A stretch of DNA of 63,640 nt, filler included, from Choristocarpus tenellus KU-1152 (GCA_964200185.2; 14 parts of 14 records of this genome joined end to end with filler, not necessarily neighbours in it); one strand, 5' to 3'. Positions 24,052-38,612 are shown, counted from the whole stretch's first letter. Made by a program: numbers and translations. Notes: generated from the sequence alone by a model not told the origin.

Positions 24052-27000
24052 GTGAGAAGATCAGCAATGGTGGACATATGCTTCCTTCTCAGAAGGACCC
24101 CCCNNNNNNNNNNNNNNNNNNNNNNNNNNNNNNNNNNNNNNNNNNNNTTAATTAATTAANNNNNNNNNNNNNNNNNNNNNNNNNNNNNNNNNNNNNNNNN
24201 NNNGAGCGAGAGTCTAAAATTGCATCTGGGCAGGTGAAATTTGGTAAAGGGGGGGGGGGGGGGGGAGGGGGAAGGGCAGGGGAGGTTGGAAAAAGGAGTG
24301 GAGGGAAGCCTAGTTATTTTTCTTTCGGTGTCTTAACTACTTCAATGTATGAAGTACCCCTACCCCCATTCCTTGTGTCGAGCCAGCTGTAAAAAGAGGT
24401 CACCATTGGTAGCAGTGGGTGCTAGGGTTTGGATGACAAAAGTAGATATGTTTACCGTATTTTAGGTAAATAGAGATGCTCAAGAAGTCGACAGCAGTGC
24501 GTGGTATTTGGATTCTCAATATGTGGTTGATGCAGTTGGCATAATGTCAATATTGGAGCAAACAGCTTAGTTGACTGGAGTTTTGGAGGATAATTGAGGG
24601 AAGACTGATAGCATGTTTGTGGTAGTTCGGTATGTATTTACTGATTACTAGTTTAGTTATTTGTTAAAGATGCAATAAGATAAGGTAATAAGATAAGGTG
24701 TAACAGGAATTATTGGTAGGTTGGCACAGTAGCAGCAGGTGTTCACTGAACTGTGAAAGTACTGCATGAAACTTTAGTGGCAGATCCCTCTATATGTTAG
24801 CTTTTTGTGTAACTTCATTGCCAGCCACTTGTCTACTGGCCATTCCAGTTATCACAGCCAGGTTTCCAGTTATGTGTGCTTGGCAACGATCAGTAGCTTA
24901 TATCCTTGCTGCCTGAATGAATGCTTTTTTGTGTGTGATGGTGGTGTTGGTGATGTGAAACAGGTTGGGGGGTGGGGGAGTGGGAGCTGGGGCAGTGGAA
25001 GCTTCGGTGCTCTTGCCTCTCTCATGAACATACCTGATATGTTTGGGACCACTGGTTGTACAGTTGGTATGGGTGGTGATAGTGGGAGTGGGAGTGTGGG
25101 CAGTACCACTGGTGGCCCCACCAGTTCTGGGGCAGGGAAGCGATCTGCAAAGGGTGGATCTAAGTGGGAAAAGAGTGTGACAAGTGGTCTTGGAGGGTCA
25201 GAACTTTGTGGTTATAGTGGATTCACTGGTTTTGTTCGTGGATTCATTCGAGGGGCAGGGATTTACCGGCTTCATCCCCGTCATCTTCAAGGTGAGAAAT
25301 ACTCTTTGTATTGGGCAAGGTAGGGGGGAAGATGAGCGATAGAGAGTGGATGGTGGCAGGGGGGGAAACTGAATAGCGACGAAAGGAAGAATAAACTCAG
25401 TGAGTGCCACTAAATATAGACCTTGAGTGTTAATTCTTATTGCTAATCTGTTGTTGGGATGTCTTGTTGTGTACCATGATGTTTTTTCTTGTTTTGTGCC
25501 TTGGTGTGAAGACTTAAGCACAATTGTAGAGGCATCGATCTCTCCTGTTTTGTGTTGAATTATGTGTTTGTGGGCTGGGTTCACTTGTGCACATTTGATA
25601 GTAATGGTTGAGCACAATGTGGCAAGGGGAGATATGCATGCATATGCTATGATTAGTAGGGTATTTACTTGCTGTGCTTGGATTTACGATAGTTATTGTC
25701 TCACTGGGTCGCAAGGTACTAAGCTCATGAAGTCTTTTTTTTTTTAGATTTCTTTGTGCAAGTACATCAAATGCACTCCTAATGCGTTGTAATGATGTTG
25801 AAACAAGTTTGTCTTTTGAATCTACCTCAACACTCTGTGAACTCTAAACAGGGTATATAGTATTGCAACAAGGCATCACATTCAACTACAATCTTTATGT
25901 TCAGCGGGATTTAGTGTGTTGAAGTTGTCTATATGTCACATAGCTAACAAACGAACTAGAACAGATTTGTTGTCGAGGTGCATCCGGCCATACAAGAACT
26001 ACTCGGAGTAGAATGTTAATGAGATGATCCTATTGAGTTGAAAAATACACCAGTGACGGCATCAGTCTGCTTTAAAAGACATGCTTAATTTTATAGTGCA
26101 AATCCCTTACATAGTAGTATAGTACAGTTCCCCTATGTCCCCCATGTGTTGTCCTGGATCAACGCGCCCCATGCTTACTATGCATGGTGCTTGCCCCAAC
26201 CTTCTCTTCGCTCTTGTAACCCTTCGGGCTTGGTCCTCTTCCTACTCTCCTCTTAAACTGTCTGTGGCGCTACTACTTCTTGATAGGGTTTATTGTGAAG
26301 GTTGGGGCAGCAACGGGCCTGAACAAGCCAGTTGGATGGGTCTGTGTTTGTGTTTCCAAGACGATGCCCACGAGGCAGTGGTGGCAGGGTTTTCCAACCC
26401 TGAATCGGCGGGGGTGGGCTCTGCTGTGGTTTGGCTCTGTTGTGCTGTTAGCATGCTATCGACGGTACCAGGTGAGTGTTTGTTGAGTAGATTCAACATT
26501 TTCGGACTGCTTGCTGTACAGTAGTGCCCAACGCTGTATTATTTTTATTTTGTAAGTGTTAGTGATAACGAACTAGGTGTGAAGAGGTGGATATCTCTAT
26601 TGTCATTCCACGCCCCTTCACTTTTCCCTCCAAAGTTCTATGAAGCAACCAGAGCCAAGAAAATGTAGTTTGTAGACTCATCAAAATTAATTCTATTATT
26701 GAAAGGTGAAGAGATTGTGCAGCCATCGTGTGATTTAGGGCACAGCAATGATGCTACCTAGCCATGCACCCACTCACCCATCCCTACATCGTATCCCAAT
26801 ACAGCAGTCCTTATGCATTTCTAAAATGGGCACTGCACTCTGCAATATGTATGTATATATATTGTCAGGACAAGGGGCATGTGTCTTGTCTTTCATGACA
26901 CAAAACTTGATTTCATGATATTTCAACTACTGGAGAGGTCCACAACATTATCTGGTGGAGGGGTTTGGGATTTGATAGTTTTGGAGAGGCAAGCAATTGC

Positions 27001-27469
27001 CAGAGGGCAGGAATCTCATGGCGCTTTCTTTGTCGCAATCAGATAAGGGCAAGGGGTGATGGCGAAGGTCACCGGGAGATTGGGTAGCAATTTTATGTGT
27101 GTGGTGCGACTGGTTCTTTTGCTGCTTACAGTGGGGCAGGCCAAAGAGGCTTACTTCATTACTTTGGTGCATCTCTTTTCATCTGAACATGTCTATATTC
27201 TTTTCTACCAGAGCTATGATTTGAGGGGTAGTGCATGGCCTGGTCCTTCATGCAGACACGCAATCATTATTGATGACCCAGATAATCAGAACCTGGGCTT
27301 GTGTAGCCTTCAACTGCTAGCCAGACACAGCCTTGGATGCTACAGTAGGTTACTGTAAGAGATGGTGTTGCAGCATACAGGGATGATGCCATAAATTAGA
27401 GGTGTGGCCCTATTTCACTATTTCTAACAAGTTAGTTAGTATGTTGTACATTTACAGACAATGGAAAAA

Positions 27470-27690
27470 AATATATTATGTCCAACTTTGCACCTTTTTT
27501 TTTTCCTGACAAAGCATCCACCATGACATCAAATTAGTGCCCCTTTTGATAATGTCTTCTACTGAAACAGAATTTTGTAAATATATGATGTCCAACTTTG
27601 CACTTTTTTTTTTCCTGACGAAGCACATTCACCATGACGTCAAATTAGTGCCCCCTTTCATAATGTCTTTTACTGAAGCAGAATTTTGTT
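27470..27690. repeat. Tandem duplication of ~111 bp
   Basis: ATGTCCAACTTTGCAC..CAGAATTTTGT occurs twice. Confidence 0.8.
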
Positions 27691-27898
27691 TAATTTCCTG
27701 TCTCCTTCCGTCCCCCCCCCCCCCCCCCCCCCCCCCCTTTCGCCCCCCCCCCCCCCCCCCCCCTCCCCCCCCCCCCCCCCCTCCCCCCGCGGAGGAGCNN
27801 NNNNNNNNNNNNNNNNNNNNNNNNNNNNNNNNNNNNNNNNNNTTAATTAATTAANNNNNNNNNNNNNNNNNNNNNNNNNNNNNNNNNNNNNNNNNNNN

Positions 27899-28066
27899 TT
27901 CAGGCGGTGGGGGTGGCTACACCAGGGTGTCCATTTACACCAAAATCTGGAAAAGTGCATTTACATCATCCATCCGACGTATGCAACCAAATCACCCAGA
28001 AATCGCGACATAAAAAAATTGACCCCAATTGGACAGTCGCTACCCCCCCCCCAGATACTACGAGCC
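27899..28066. mobile_element. MITE family B, one end lost in gap
   Basis: Internal sequence matches 38437-38612; ends CCAGATACTACGAGCC. Confidence 0.75.
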
Positions 28067-28681
28067 AGTTCAGCTAAAAGGCAGGGAGTCAACGATTTAC
28101 AGTCAGAGGGAGGGGAAGAGGGGATCCCGTGTGATAAAATTAATGTCTCCACTGCGTAAACTTGGCACTTCTACTGTACGAAAAGGCCCCATGAATGTAC
28201 AGATCAACTGATAACAAAGAAATACAAACATATGTAACGCCTTATTGAATTGCTGGAAAGCCCTTCCAGGCAGTTAGCGTCACATGTGCATGGAAACAAT
28301 AATTCCAATGCAAGGCCCAAAGCTACAATAGACACAACATGAAATTATTTACATGGGGTGAACTATATGACGGTGCACCTTGTGAACTCTTGAGATACAG
28401 ACAAAATAAACTTTTTGTAAAATCTTGTAATTTCCATTACTCAAGGTATTAAACTTAACTGAGTCTTGTAGTCATACCCTTAGTTGAAATTAAAAAATCA
28501 CAACAGATCAGCATCCATATAAACAGCGGTGCTGCTCAGTAGTTCTACAATACAAGTCACGACAATACATGCTGACATTCATATCCTAAAATACAGATGA
28601 ACATTGGAATGATACAAGAAAAACATTTGTCTTTTCCCGTCATAACGAAGGAGGGTCTGTAGATCGTGCAGCACGTATTAC

Positions 28682-29325
28682 CTCCTCTTATCATGCCCTG
28701 GAACTTGGGGTGCTTTGCTCCAAACGACTGATTATTGTCAGATCTGGGTACGGAATGGGCTCCATTGAAGGGTTGCCGCCAAGAGTCGACTTGTCCCCAC
28801 ATATCATTTCGGTTATAGGATTGCGACTGCCCCCCATGCCATTGAAATGAAGAGGAGGAAGGTTTTTGCAAAACAGGGTCTGCACTGGAGGCTCGGTAAT
28901 GCCCTAGGGCAGCCGACGAAGGGAATGCAGCGTTGTCATGAGCGGGGTTGGTCAGACATACTTACCACAATCAGTGCTAGAGAGTTGCCTGACCAAAAGG
29001 ATGGGAATAAATTGATAGAGAAAATCAATTGAATGAAGAAAATGGGCATAACTGCCACAAAAATGAGGTGAGATATTTGGTCATAATGGAGAGAAAGGCG
29101 GGTTGTTGGACAACATCCCAATTATATAAAAACCATATATTCGAACCGACCTGATTCCCCTTCGTAGGTTGAACTCCAATCCCACTGTGGCACTCTCTCG
29201 TCGACGGGAGGATATGGGGGGAGTGACGAGGTTACAGGTGGGTAGTACCCCTGTTCGGTCCGCAACACCCCAGAGGCTTCTACGACCACATTGGTTTGAA
29301 ACCGTGTTGGTGCGTCATTTCTTGC
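28682..29325 (-). CDS. Host gene fragment, unknown product (exons 29325-29147, 28988-28966, 28903-28682)
   Basis: Three GT-AG exons chain in consistent phase (0/2/1) without stops; first donor (GTTCGA) is weak. Confidence 0.45.
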
Positions 29326-30513
29326 CTGCCGACCGAAACATTCCATATGCGCCATTCGTACAACAGGCAAGAAAGAAATCACACAGACATGCAGATACTA
29401 CTGGCCCCTATAACTAAGGTATCATCGCATCCTCGTGGGTGTACCTGGAGTTTTGAGGTTAAGGTGGTAGATTGTTTTCCTAGTTCCACTACTTTCCTTG
29501 TCCCTCCCCAACACCCACTTGTAGTTCCATAATACTTTCCACTTCGTACAAAAACTTGCGTGTAAAAATTCAGAATCAACTCTTGAAATATATTCAATAT
29601 TAGTACATTTAGGTTGCCGCTTGATGCAGAGAACAAATATTCAAATTCCTTTGCCGTATTGAAGTTTCCATTCAGTTCCTAGAGTGAGACCAGTCGACAC
29701 GTGTTACGTGTTATTCTTTTTGGTACTTGCCTCTCTTCCAAGATAATCTATAATCTGTTATCAATTTTCATAACTTTCATTTGAAAACTCCTCACGAAAT
29801 ATATCTTGTATATTATCCACTAATCAGTTCATCTCTATAGAGTAATAATTCCATAAGGGAAATCACTGAATACTAAGAATAGACCCCATACCTCCAAAAT
29901 ATTTGAACTCACCTGTTAGTGATGAAGAAAACACACACATCCTCGTGTCAACGGGTATCAGCAGGGATATAGCACCTCAAAGTGTTCACGTTAAGAGGCT
30001 ACTGTCTGCCAGCCATTGAACTCAAACAACGAGAGATGAGAATAGAATTTCACAGAATACATTGTCGCAGTTGTGTTTGCTGTGGAGGAAAACTTCGTTG
30101 GTGTGTTATCATACCTTCACACCACATTCCCACATCATTCATCTCCATAACGTCTGCCATTTGGGTTGCTCCAATAGAAGATATCTCTTGAACGTAAACT
30201 TGCGGATAAACGTACAGACTCCACGGCGGCAGTTGTCGTTTTATCCCAAATTACAAGTTCGTGGCGCTTGCACATATTCTGGAAGAATTGACGGTGTGGA
30301 GCTTGACTTTGGTGAAAATGTCCTCAATCACCTCCTTTGCACTTCCTTACCAGGTCGGGTGCTCACTCACAGCTATGATGTAAATATTGATTTATATGTC
30401 TCGCCAAATCGCTTGCTTCCTCTTCGTTCGTCGCAAATAAGAACGTTGTGGGAATCGGTATCGGGCAGAGGACGGACAAACTCCCAATAATTTCATCCAT
30501 ACAACCCACTCAC

Positions 30514-30594
30514 CCCGATTCCTTCCTCATGGGTCATACAGTCCAACGCACCCTCTATTTTGTATCGGTACATCTTATCAAAATCGACATCATC
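30514..30594 (-). CDS. Candidate upstream exon of the same host gene
   Basis: CTAG acceptor, GTGAGT donor, 81 nt: DDVDFDKMYRYKIEGALDCMTHEEGIG. Confidence 0.4.
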
Positions 30595-31777
30595 CTAGCA
30601 AACCCAAAACATCTTATGTGCAAACTTCACCGCCACCTCCCACGACAACATCTAGACCCATGTCTTCAACGACTAGCAGCGATATTCGTTCTCTTCACTT
30701 CCACAAATACATCCGGTCTCAGAATCATCCCTCAACATACACTGGTGTACAAGTAGACGAGCACGCAGCTCTCTGCCGACGTCATGACTTATGAGCCAGA
30801 AATGAGACTTCGCCGAAGTCACGAAACATGCATAGTTTGAACTCAATACAAGACATCCAACTACTTCTCCTACCAGATTGTTAAATGGCAATCGGTGAGT
30901 ATTCACACATAGAGGAGAAATAGCATGTCGCTCCTACCACACTTTCACTCATTCACCGTTAGATGATGTGCTGCCGGAAATACCTTCACCCTCTGCGGGA
31001 ATAATATTGCTGCAGAAGCCCCATCATTTCCGAGAACCATCCACTCGATTACTCTCACCCTCCCCCCCTCCCATATCCCCTCGATTCAGTAGTACCAACT
31101 CCAAGCAGCTCCCTGAAGTATGTCAACTTGGTTTGACACTGCATTTAGAGGGGTAGACCATTTTAATTACATTGGTCTTCTTCCTCTCCGCACAATTTGT
31201 GCTCTGCAGGGTACTTTCTGAGTCCATAGAGTTGGGATTTTCTCTGTGATGGGTGACGAATATAACGTACATAAAATCCATAACTATGAACCAATTTGTT
31301 AGATTATTGGGGACGAAAAGAGATCGTGCACTGAGCCGTGGTGATTGTGCAGGCATAAGTCATAGACTGCTAGTTATGAAAGTAATGAAAGACTTTGACC
31401 ACGATAGAAGTCGGGACAAGGAGATGGGAGCCTCACTTGGCCCCATTCGCTTGTGTCAGAGTCACAGGTAGTGGAAATTTAAAGAGTGATTGGTGTTTAC
31501 TCTTGGTCATGCGTCTATTTTATTTTCGAAAAAAGGATTACCTCACGAACACCATGAATATATTGAAGACATACACTTACCTCCTTATCATTAGATTGGT
31601 CACAAAGGGAACATACTCCTATGACTATCACAAAGACCAATAAATTATCAGTCTTGGTTTACTCTATCTCATTTGTGACATGTCGTAGGCTAACACCAAG
31701 CATAGACTCATACACGAAAATCAATGTCTGCACATAGCCCTATTCTGCGCAGTGACAATGTTGCAAAGAGGAGCATG

Positions 31778-31956
31778 GGCTCAAAGTATCTGGGGGGGGG
31801 GGTGGCTGTCCATTCGGAGTTATTTTTGTCATGTCAAGATTTTTGGGTGATTTGGTGGCATACTTCGAATGGATAATTGTAAATGCACTTTTCCTGATTT
31901 TGGGTTAAATGGACACCTTGGTGTAGACCACCCCCACCCCCCAGATACTTTGGGTC
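31778..31956 (+). mobile_element. MITE family B (~180 bp), full length
   Basis: GGCTCAAAGTATCTGGGG..CCCCAGATACTTTGGGTC flanked by ATG/ATG. Confidence 0.85.
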
Positions 31957-34919
31957 ATGGGTAGGGCAGCACTTATCGAGGTACAAAATATAGAGGCAAG
32001 ATTAGCCAGCGACACCTGTCATTAGAAGTTCGAGACCGCAACAACAAAAACAAAATCACAGCACTTTTATTATTTTTTTTGTTCCTAGCAAAATGAATGG
32101 GTGGTGAATTTCACCTCCACCTAGAGTTGTGACCTAAATTGACCATAATTGGCCCAATAAATGATGCCGCAGGTGGCGTCTGTTACCCTGCTTTTCTTTA
32201 CTAATAGGCTACTGTCAAGGTATACTGACACGCAAATATTATAGTACAAGTTTTTCGACAGAAGGAGAAATGCAACCAACATCGGTGCATGATGTATCGT
32301 GATTGTAACTTTGCGTGTTCAAACGCATAATAGGGGGGTGTAGGAGTCGGAAAAGCCCATTTATGTTACGACAAATGTAGTGTTAATACTCCTCATAGTT
32401 TTATTACAAATTTGTTTTAGCCCAATCGTTGCCATGTATATATATATATATATATATATATGGAAGCAGTTGACTTCAAGATAGGAAGGATTGTTCAGCT
32501 CGTTCTCTCCTGTCAGTGTGGTGGGCATGTTATGTTACAGGCGCCTCTCAATGCTCACCTTCCAGGATGTACAACTCAAATCCAATTCCCAGATTATCGA
32601 ACGTCAGCTCAGCAGAGCAGGGATACTCTTAATTGATTCAATCAGTATAAAATGTATATAAAGTTTTGCATCAGTTTTAAGAGTGTCGTGGGTGGGTGTC
32701 TCCATTAGGTCAGAATAACTGAGCTGTTTTGAGTCATTTTTAGGAACTCTAAATCATCATTTGCGTTTTTAGGGGGGTTTTCGGGATCGTAAATACTGNN
32801 NNNNNNNNNNNNNNNNNNNNNNNNNNNNNNNNNNNNNNNNNNTTAATTAATTAANNNNNNNNNNNNNNNNNNNNNNNNNNNNNNNNNNNNNNNNNNNNGG
32901 GTTTGGTGGGGCAGTGGGTGGTTTCATTATGCAGTAAGAGGGTGTTATTATGATCCCTGGGAAAAAATTGTGAAGTCATTCATCCCTCGCTAATGATTAA
33001 AAATAGCTCTTCAGTGTATTTGAATCGTGTCAAGATGAAGGGGGTACGGGGGGGATACGCTTGACAAGGGACATTTGCACCACTGGGATGGACTAAATGT
33101 GACAATGAGCCAATATAGGACATCCTATACCTTCAACTCTCCTTTCACCCACAATCTTGGTATCATACATCCTTATCTACATACACCAGATGAAATTTAT
33201 AATGTGTGGGATGTGAAACTATAGCGGTTTCACAGTTACAGCTGCACCTTCTTCAGAGTAGGATATTTTTTTGATATTACTGTTTTCATGTCAGGGGAGC
33301 ATGACTACCCTAGCCAATTGGAGTATATGGGTGCCATCCGGAAGTGCTAAAGCTCATGTCCCCTCCTGTCACTCACGCATCCCTACCTCTGTAAAGCACT
33401 TTCATGCTCCCAGTTTTCTGGTCTCTGTGCATAGTGGGTACGTAATTCGTTGTACTTCGCTTGTGAGACTTGAAGTGAGTCGCTTGAGGATCGATAAAAA
33501 TTGGTGTGTGTATGCTTAGCTTCATGTTGTAGGAGGCATAAACCGAAAGAAGGGAATAGGGCTCATTGCTGGAAAAAGGAGTAAGGAAAACAATCGCGTG
33601 GTAGGAGCAACAGAATGACTACCTGGAGCAGGCTCCTCTTCCGCTGAAGTGCTTTGATGCAAAAATAAGCTCTGTTCAACCTTTTGTCAGGTATGGCACT
33701 ACTTCATTCTTGAAAGCACAGCAATGTTATATAGAACGAGAAAGAGACGTTGTGTCTTTGGCACTTCTTGCACACCAGGGGGGTTTGTTGTCATAAAACG
33801 TTGTTTTCAACTTTCTCCCTTTCACTATTGCACAGGTCAACAGAACGATGTTAACTGAGTCGGACAAGAAGTGTCTTCTCAGCAGATTCTTGCTCCTATC
33901 ATGGAAAGAAACCTTCCAAATCAATACTTGTAGGAGGATCATGACTCAACTCCAGATATTGGAAATTTGTGGAAAGATGAAGGCTCTTGACAAAGGATCA
34001 TAATGCATGAGTAAAGCGTTCAATGAAAACTGTATCGTGTTCATATACACAACATCAAAGCGCCCCTTTTTTCCTTTCCCTGGCGCTGTTGGGCTATGAA
34101 TGGTCCAAATTCCATCAGGTTGGACGGCACTATCTCGCGCTAATACAAGTCAGGAATAAAGACTGTGATTGCCCCCATGTGCAACTATGTGACACTGCCT
34201 AACATCAACAGGCAATATCACTGACATTTATATATTTATACATGTCTCTATGTGACCACTGCTCAACACTGGCACGTATCACTGACATATATATGTATGT
34301 CCTGGTTTCTTTGTGCATACTATTTTTCATGCTCTCTGACAGTGTGATAGGAGGGATACCGTGTTAGTTAGAGTATAAGACATCAGGGGTCTAAGGTCTT
34401 AGTACTCTGTGAGGGTGTTCGAAATGGTGCTCAGATAATAATGGTCGAGGTCATATCATGTAGTTGGTGCGGTATGCAGTCAGGATCCAGAATATTTTTT
34501 TCACCCGATTGTGATCGCATATGTGGCATTGAGCTGTTGAGGTCGAAAATGGCTGTCATTAGAGGCGATTCAGTTGTTGTGCCCAAGCAATTTAGTGCCG
34601 AATCTGTCTGGGACTGGGGTATCACCTATGCATGCAGTGTAAGGATTGCAATACCGGTACAGCACGCCAAGCTTGAAGAACGTGTAATCCGTTGCCATAA
34701 TACATTTTGGAAGAGTGCAATGCGATACTAATGGGAGGCACGGCAACGTGTAGTTGATCGAATGGTGTCAACCGATTGGCTACAGCGGGTTAGTGTAGGA
34801 GGAATACAACTCTGACAGCGTTAACGGATATAGTATGCAAAGGGATTTCCGTTATCATTACAGCAAAAGGCCTACGTAACGGAGCTACAATTCATCATTT
34901 CTCCTTTGACCGCTGCATT

Positions 34920-35309
34920 TCACAGTTCATCGTTGTTCTGCTGGAATAATTTCATTCCTAGCCTTTCTCGGGTTCCTTCTTCCAGCCTATGGATGTCAAT
35001 TAGAAATGAGCAGCAACCAGTACTACGTGTTATTGCGCTACCTTCAGTGTATTTATGGTTGTGTGCCGATGCTGTTTTGCAGATCTCAATTACCCTCTAG
35101 ATTCCTCTCTCGCCTTTTGGAGCTCTTCTTTGATGTCCAAGGATCTAACATCGAACGCCGTGTCCATGAAACTCCCGAACGTCCCTGGTGCACCTCCCAC
35201 CCTTCGTTCAGCTGGTCCTAATTCAACATTATTGACTCCCCTCTTTGCCAGGGAGGCAATGCGGGGATCTCGAACCATTTCACCCTTTTCGGTGTATTCT
35301 ACTCCTCTT
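34920..35309 (-). CDS. Last two exons of a host gene, unknown product (~35309-35094, 34986-34920)
   Basis: 107-nt phase-2 intron GTAATT..CTAAT..CATAG gives DIKEELQKAREESRG|LEEGTRERLGMKLFQQNNDEL*. Confidence 0.55.
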
Positions 35310-36326
35310 CTTGAGCAGCGTGGCAATGGATAGCAATGGCAAAGATTTTTCAGAAATTGGGTTTTGTGCGTTACATTCGTGCAATATGTACGGGTGTGAC
35401 AAGGTCGTGAACTCGCTCTTCAATCGGTATGGCATAATATACTATGTTACCATACCCTCTGAGATTTATATATTATTATGCCCTCTAACATTTTGTAGAT
35501 GTGTCCAATTCATTGTCATAAGTAACGGTTGTCAGAAATGTGAAAAATATCTCTCCAAAATCTATTCACTATTTGACTACCAGCTATACTGCACCACTCC
35601 CCTGCTATGCCTCCAACCTAACGGGGAAGTTTATGAAGTAATCTAAGTTTTGCGGACGGGAGAATTCTGTTAGGACGGACGCACAGGGAAGGGAGAAGTG
35701 CTTAGGGTAAGAATAATAATATCAAAGGGGGTGGACGAAGAGTTAAGTACTGAGTGGCTAGGAGGCAGAAGAGGTGGGAGAGAAGTAAAAATAAATGGGT
35801 GGTAGGTGGAAGTACGAGGTAGGAAGGAATGTTCAGAACAAGCAGGGCTGGTGGTACAGCACAACAAGCAGGGCTAGAGCAAGACAACCTCTGAGCAATC
35901 TCTCCCACCCACCCACCCACCCTTTTGCTTGCTCACGACTGATCGGGATGCTGGGATAGGGGAGGGATCTCAAGTTCGGGCAGGGTAGATATCTTCTAGT
36001 TCAAAAGAACGGTATGTAGTGAATGATGAAGGGGTTCTTGGATGATTATGGAGTGGTGTTGAGTGGTGTGGTGGAGTGGAAAATGATGGGAAATATTGGG
36101 GGGTTGTGTGATGTTGAATGGGGTTGTGGAGTGGTGGTAAGTGGTGTGGGATTGGGTTGGGTTGAAGGGTGGGGCGGTGACAGGAAATCAGTGGCGAAGG
36201 GGTCGAACTGGTTGGTCATCAAATGGGGTTGGTAAATGGAAATCAGTGGCGATTGTAGGCCTGTAGTGTGATCCCAGTAGTAATTCAGGATATTGTGAGA
36301 CACACCAATGTTGCGGTAACGTGTTG

Positions 36327-36508
36327 GACCCAAAGTATCTGGAGGGTGGAGGGGGTCTACAACAGGGTATCCATTTGGACCATAACCAGGAAAAATACTT
36401 ACATTATCCATCCGAAGTATACAACCAAGTCACCCAAAAATCGCGACATGAAAAAATTAGCCCCAAATGGACAGCCACCACCCCCCACCCCCCCAGAAAC
36501 CTTAAGCC
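36327..36508 (-). mobile_element. MITE family B, diverged
   Basis: GACCCAAAGTATCTGGAGGG..CCAGAAACCTTAAGCC; no clear TSD. Confidence 0.75.
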
Positions 36509-37828
36509 ATTTACCCCAAAAAGCAAGATATNNNNNNNNNNNNNNNNNNNNNNNNNNNNNNNNNNNNNNNNNNNNTTAATTAATTAANNNNNNNNNNNNN
36601 NNNNNNNNNNNNNNNNNNNNNNNNNNNNNNNATGGGGGTATGCTATCGAACCTGTTCTCCTGCCCTGGGGTAGGTACGGGCATGTCTTGTGTGGACATTT
36701 TGCCTCCTGCACCCCACAACTGGGCACATGTTTGAAAGGGTCTCCTCCCTACCAAGGGATCTGCTGGCTGTAAGCTTGAATTCTAGAGGGGAGATCTGGC
36801 ATGCTGGCTCCAGGGGTTGCGTTGAGACCCATGCGTTTGCCCCTTGTCCACACTGGCTCCGGTGGCGTGCTAGAGCCAATGAGGAGATCTCCTTCCCCTG
36901 GTGCACTTCACTAGGTAGGCCGGCCAATTGTGTCCGGAAGGAATCCAAACAGATCCGGTTCAGGAGGCGTGTGATCTCATTTTGAGCCCTCCTCTTGATC
37001 CTCGCGTCATGGGCTGCCAGGATGTGGACTCCCAGGGCAGGTGCAGGGGACGTTGTTCCCACCCAGGTTACTCAGTCTTGGCCAATGATTTCTACAAGAT
37101 CTTCTGAGGGGATACCCTGTAGAAAGGAGGGTGTGAATGGACGGTCCTAAGGCCTGTATGGTGGGGCTTGTGAAAACAGCTTGTGTGAAGGACTCACCAT
37201 GAGGTCCTTGCTGCCTTGCTAGGAGGGTGGGGAGAGTAACCACCGGTGATCCTACGAAAGTCGCATGATAGCGGTGTTTCATAGAGGAGAGGCCCAGACC
37301 CCCTGCACTTGTGGGCATCTGTTTCTGTACTTGTTGGTGGGTCTCTAGGTGGAGAGAACCATTGTTGCACCCTCCCTCAAAGAAATCCGTCGCCTCTGTA
37401 GAGTCTGCTACTTCCATTATCTTCTCTAGTGTCCATAATGAGGTGTTATCTGCTTGCTCCATGGTGGAGCGTGCCAGGAGGGGGTGAGTTGCCCTAGCAA
37501 GATAGCCTAGGCGGGAGGAGAGGGACCAGGAGTTGAGGAGTCAGTCAGGCCACCTGTTTGTCCTTCATCTCGCTGAGATGTGTGGCCAAAGTTCATGTCC
37601 CAGAGCTCGATCACCTCAGCCATATGGGCTTGGATCAAGCTATCTATTCCTACTGGAGCCCCCAATGTGACAAAACCATTGGGGTTCTGTGCTAGATTGA
37701 TTCCTGCGGCAGAAAGAAGCTCCAGTTCTGAAGGCATGGATTGGTGGCCCTGGGGAGGTGCAGCAAAGGTCTTGTCCATATTTTAAGTCAATGCCTACCT
37801 CATGGAGGTTAGCTTTCAACTGCTCGAA

Positions 37829-38090
37829 GAGTGAAAGTATCCGTGAGGGTACGAGTTTTGCCCTGTTCGTCCGTTTGGGGCTTTGCTTCTCACTTTTACA
37901 TTTTCCTATTCTGAAATGTTTGGAGGAGTTAAATATGTACCACCGTTTTGCAGTAGGTATCATGTATATGTCCGGAACAAGGATGTTGCCACTTCCTACC
38001 AAACATGATTGCCAAAATTACATTAAAATCACAACATTGGATTTTGGCACCCAAGTGGACGCGGCTCTACCCTCTAGGATACTTTGACTC
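37829..38090 (-). mobile_element. MITE family A inserted in RT
   Basis: TSD CGAA/TGAA; removal restores AAFEQLKANL. Confidence 0.9.
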
Positions 38091-38436
38091 TGAAAGCAGC
38101 TATGGTGTTAGGGCCGATCACCCTTCCAGATATGAACGTGTCGTCCAGATAGCTCCGGGAGGAAATCCGTTGGGGTCCAAAAGCAGATTGGACTTGCTGT
38201 AGCACCTTATCTATTGCCATGCAATATAAGAGGGGGTCAACGGGGTCTCCCTGTTGTGCCCCTGTTCTTGATGGCAGGATCTTCATCCCTCCCTATCCAG
38301 GGGGAAAAGGTTTCGGGTGTCCCCATATACCTTGGAGACATAAGGCATTATTTCTAGTAGAGTCTCTGGGAGAGCCTGGATGAAAGCTGAGCGGCGCACA
38401 CTGTTGAAGGCATTTCTTCCGTCTAAATTGATGACC

Positions 38437-38612
38437 GGCTCAAAGTATCTGGGTGGGGGTGGTGACTGTCCATTTGGGGTCAATTTTTTCATGTCGTGGT
38501 TTTTGTATGGTTTAGTTGCATACGTCGGATGGATATTGTAAGTGCATGTTTCCTGGTTATGACCCAAATGGACACCCTGGTGTAGACCCCCCCCCCCCAG
38601 ATACTTTGGGTC
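38437..38612 (+). mobile_element. MITE family B inserted in RT
   Basis: Flanks ACC/ACC; removal restores GEWVINLDGRNAFN. Confidence 0.9.

Noticed and set aside
24805-25323. Gly/Ser-rich protein ORF
   Set aside because: Explained by G-rich low-complexity strand bias; no domain or splice support
25560-25680. SWIM finger / MULE transposase remnant
   Set aside because: Only a partial C..PCHI pattern; no transposase core recognised
27537-27798. Poly-proline ORF (also 45309-45707)
   Set aside because: Derived from C/G homopolymers at contig ends
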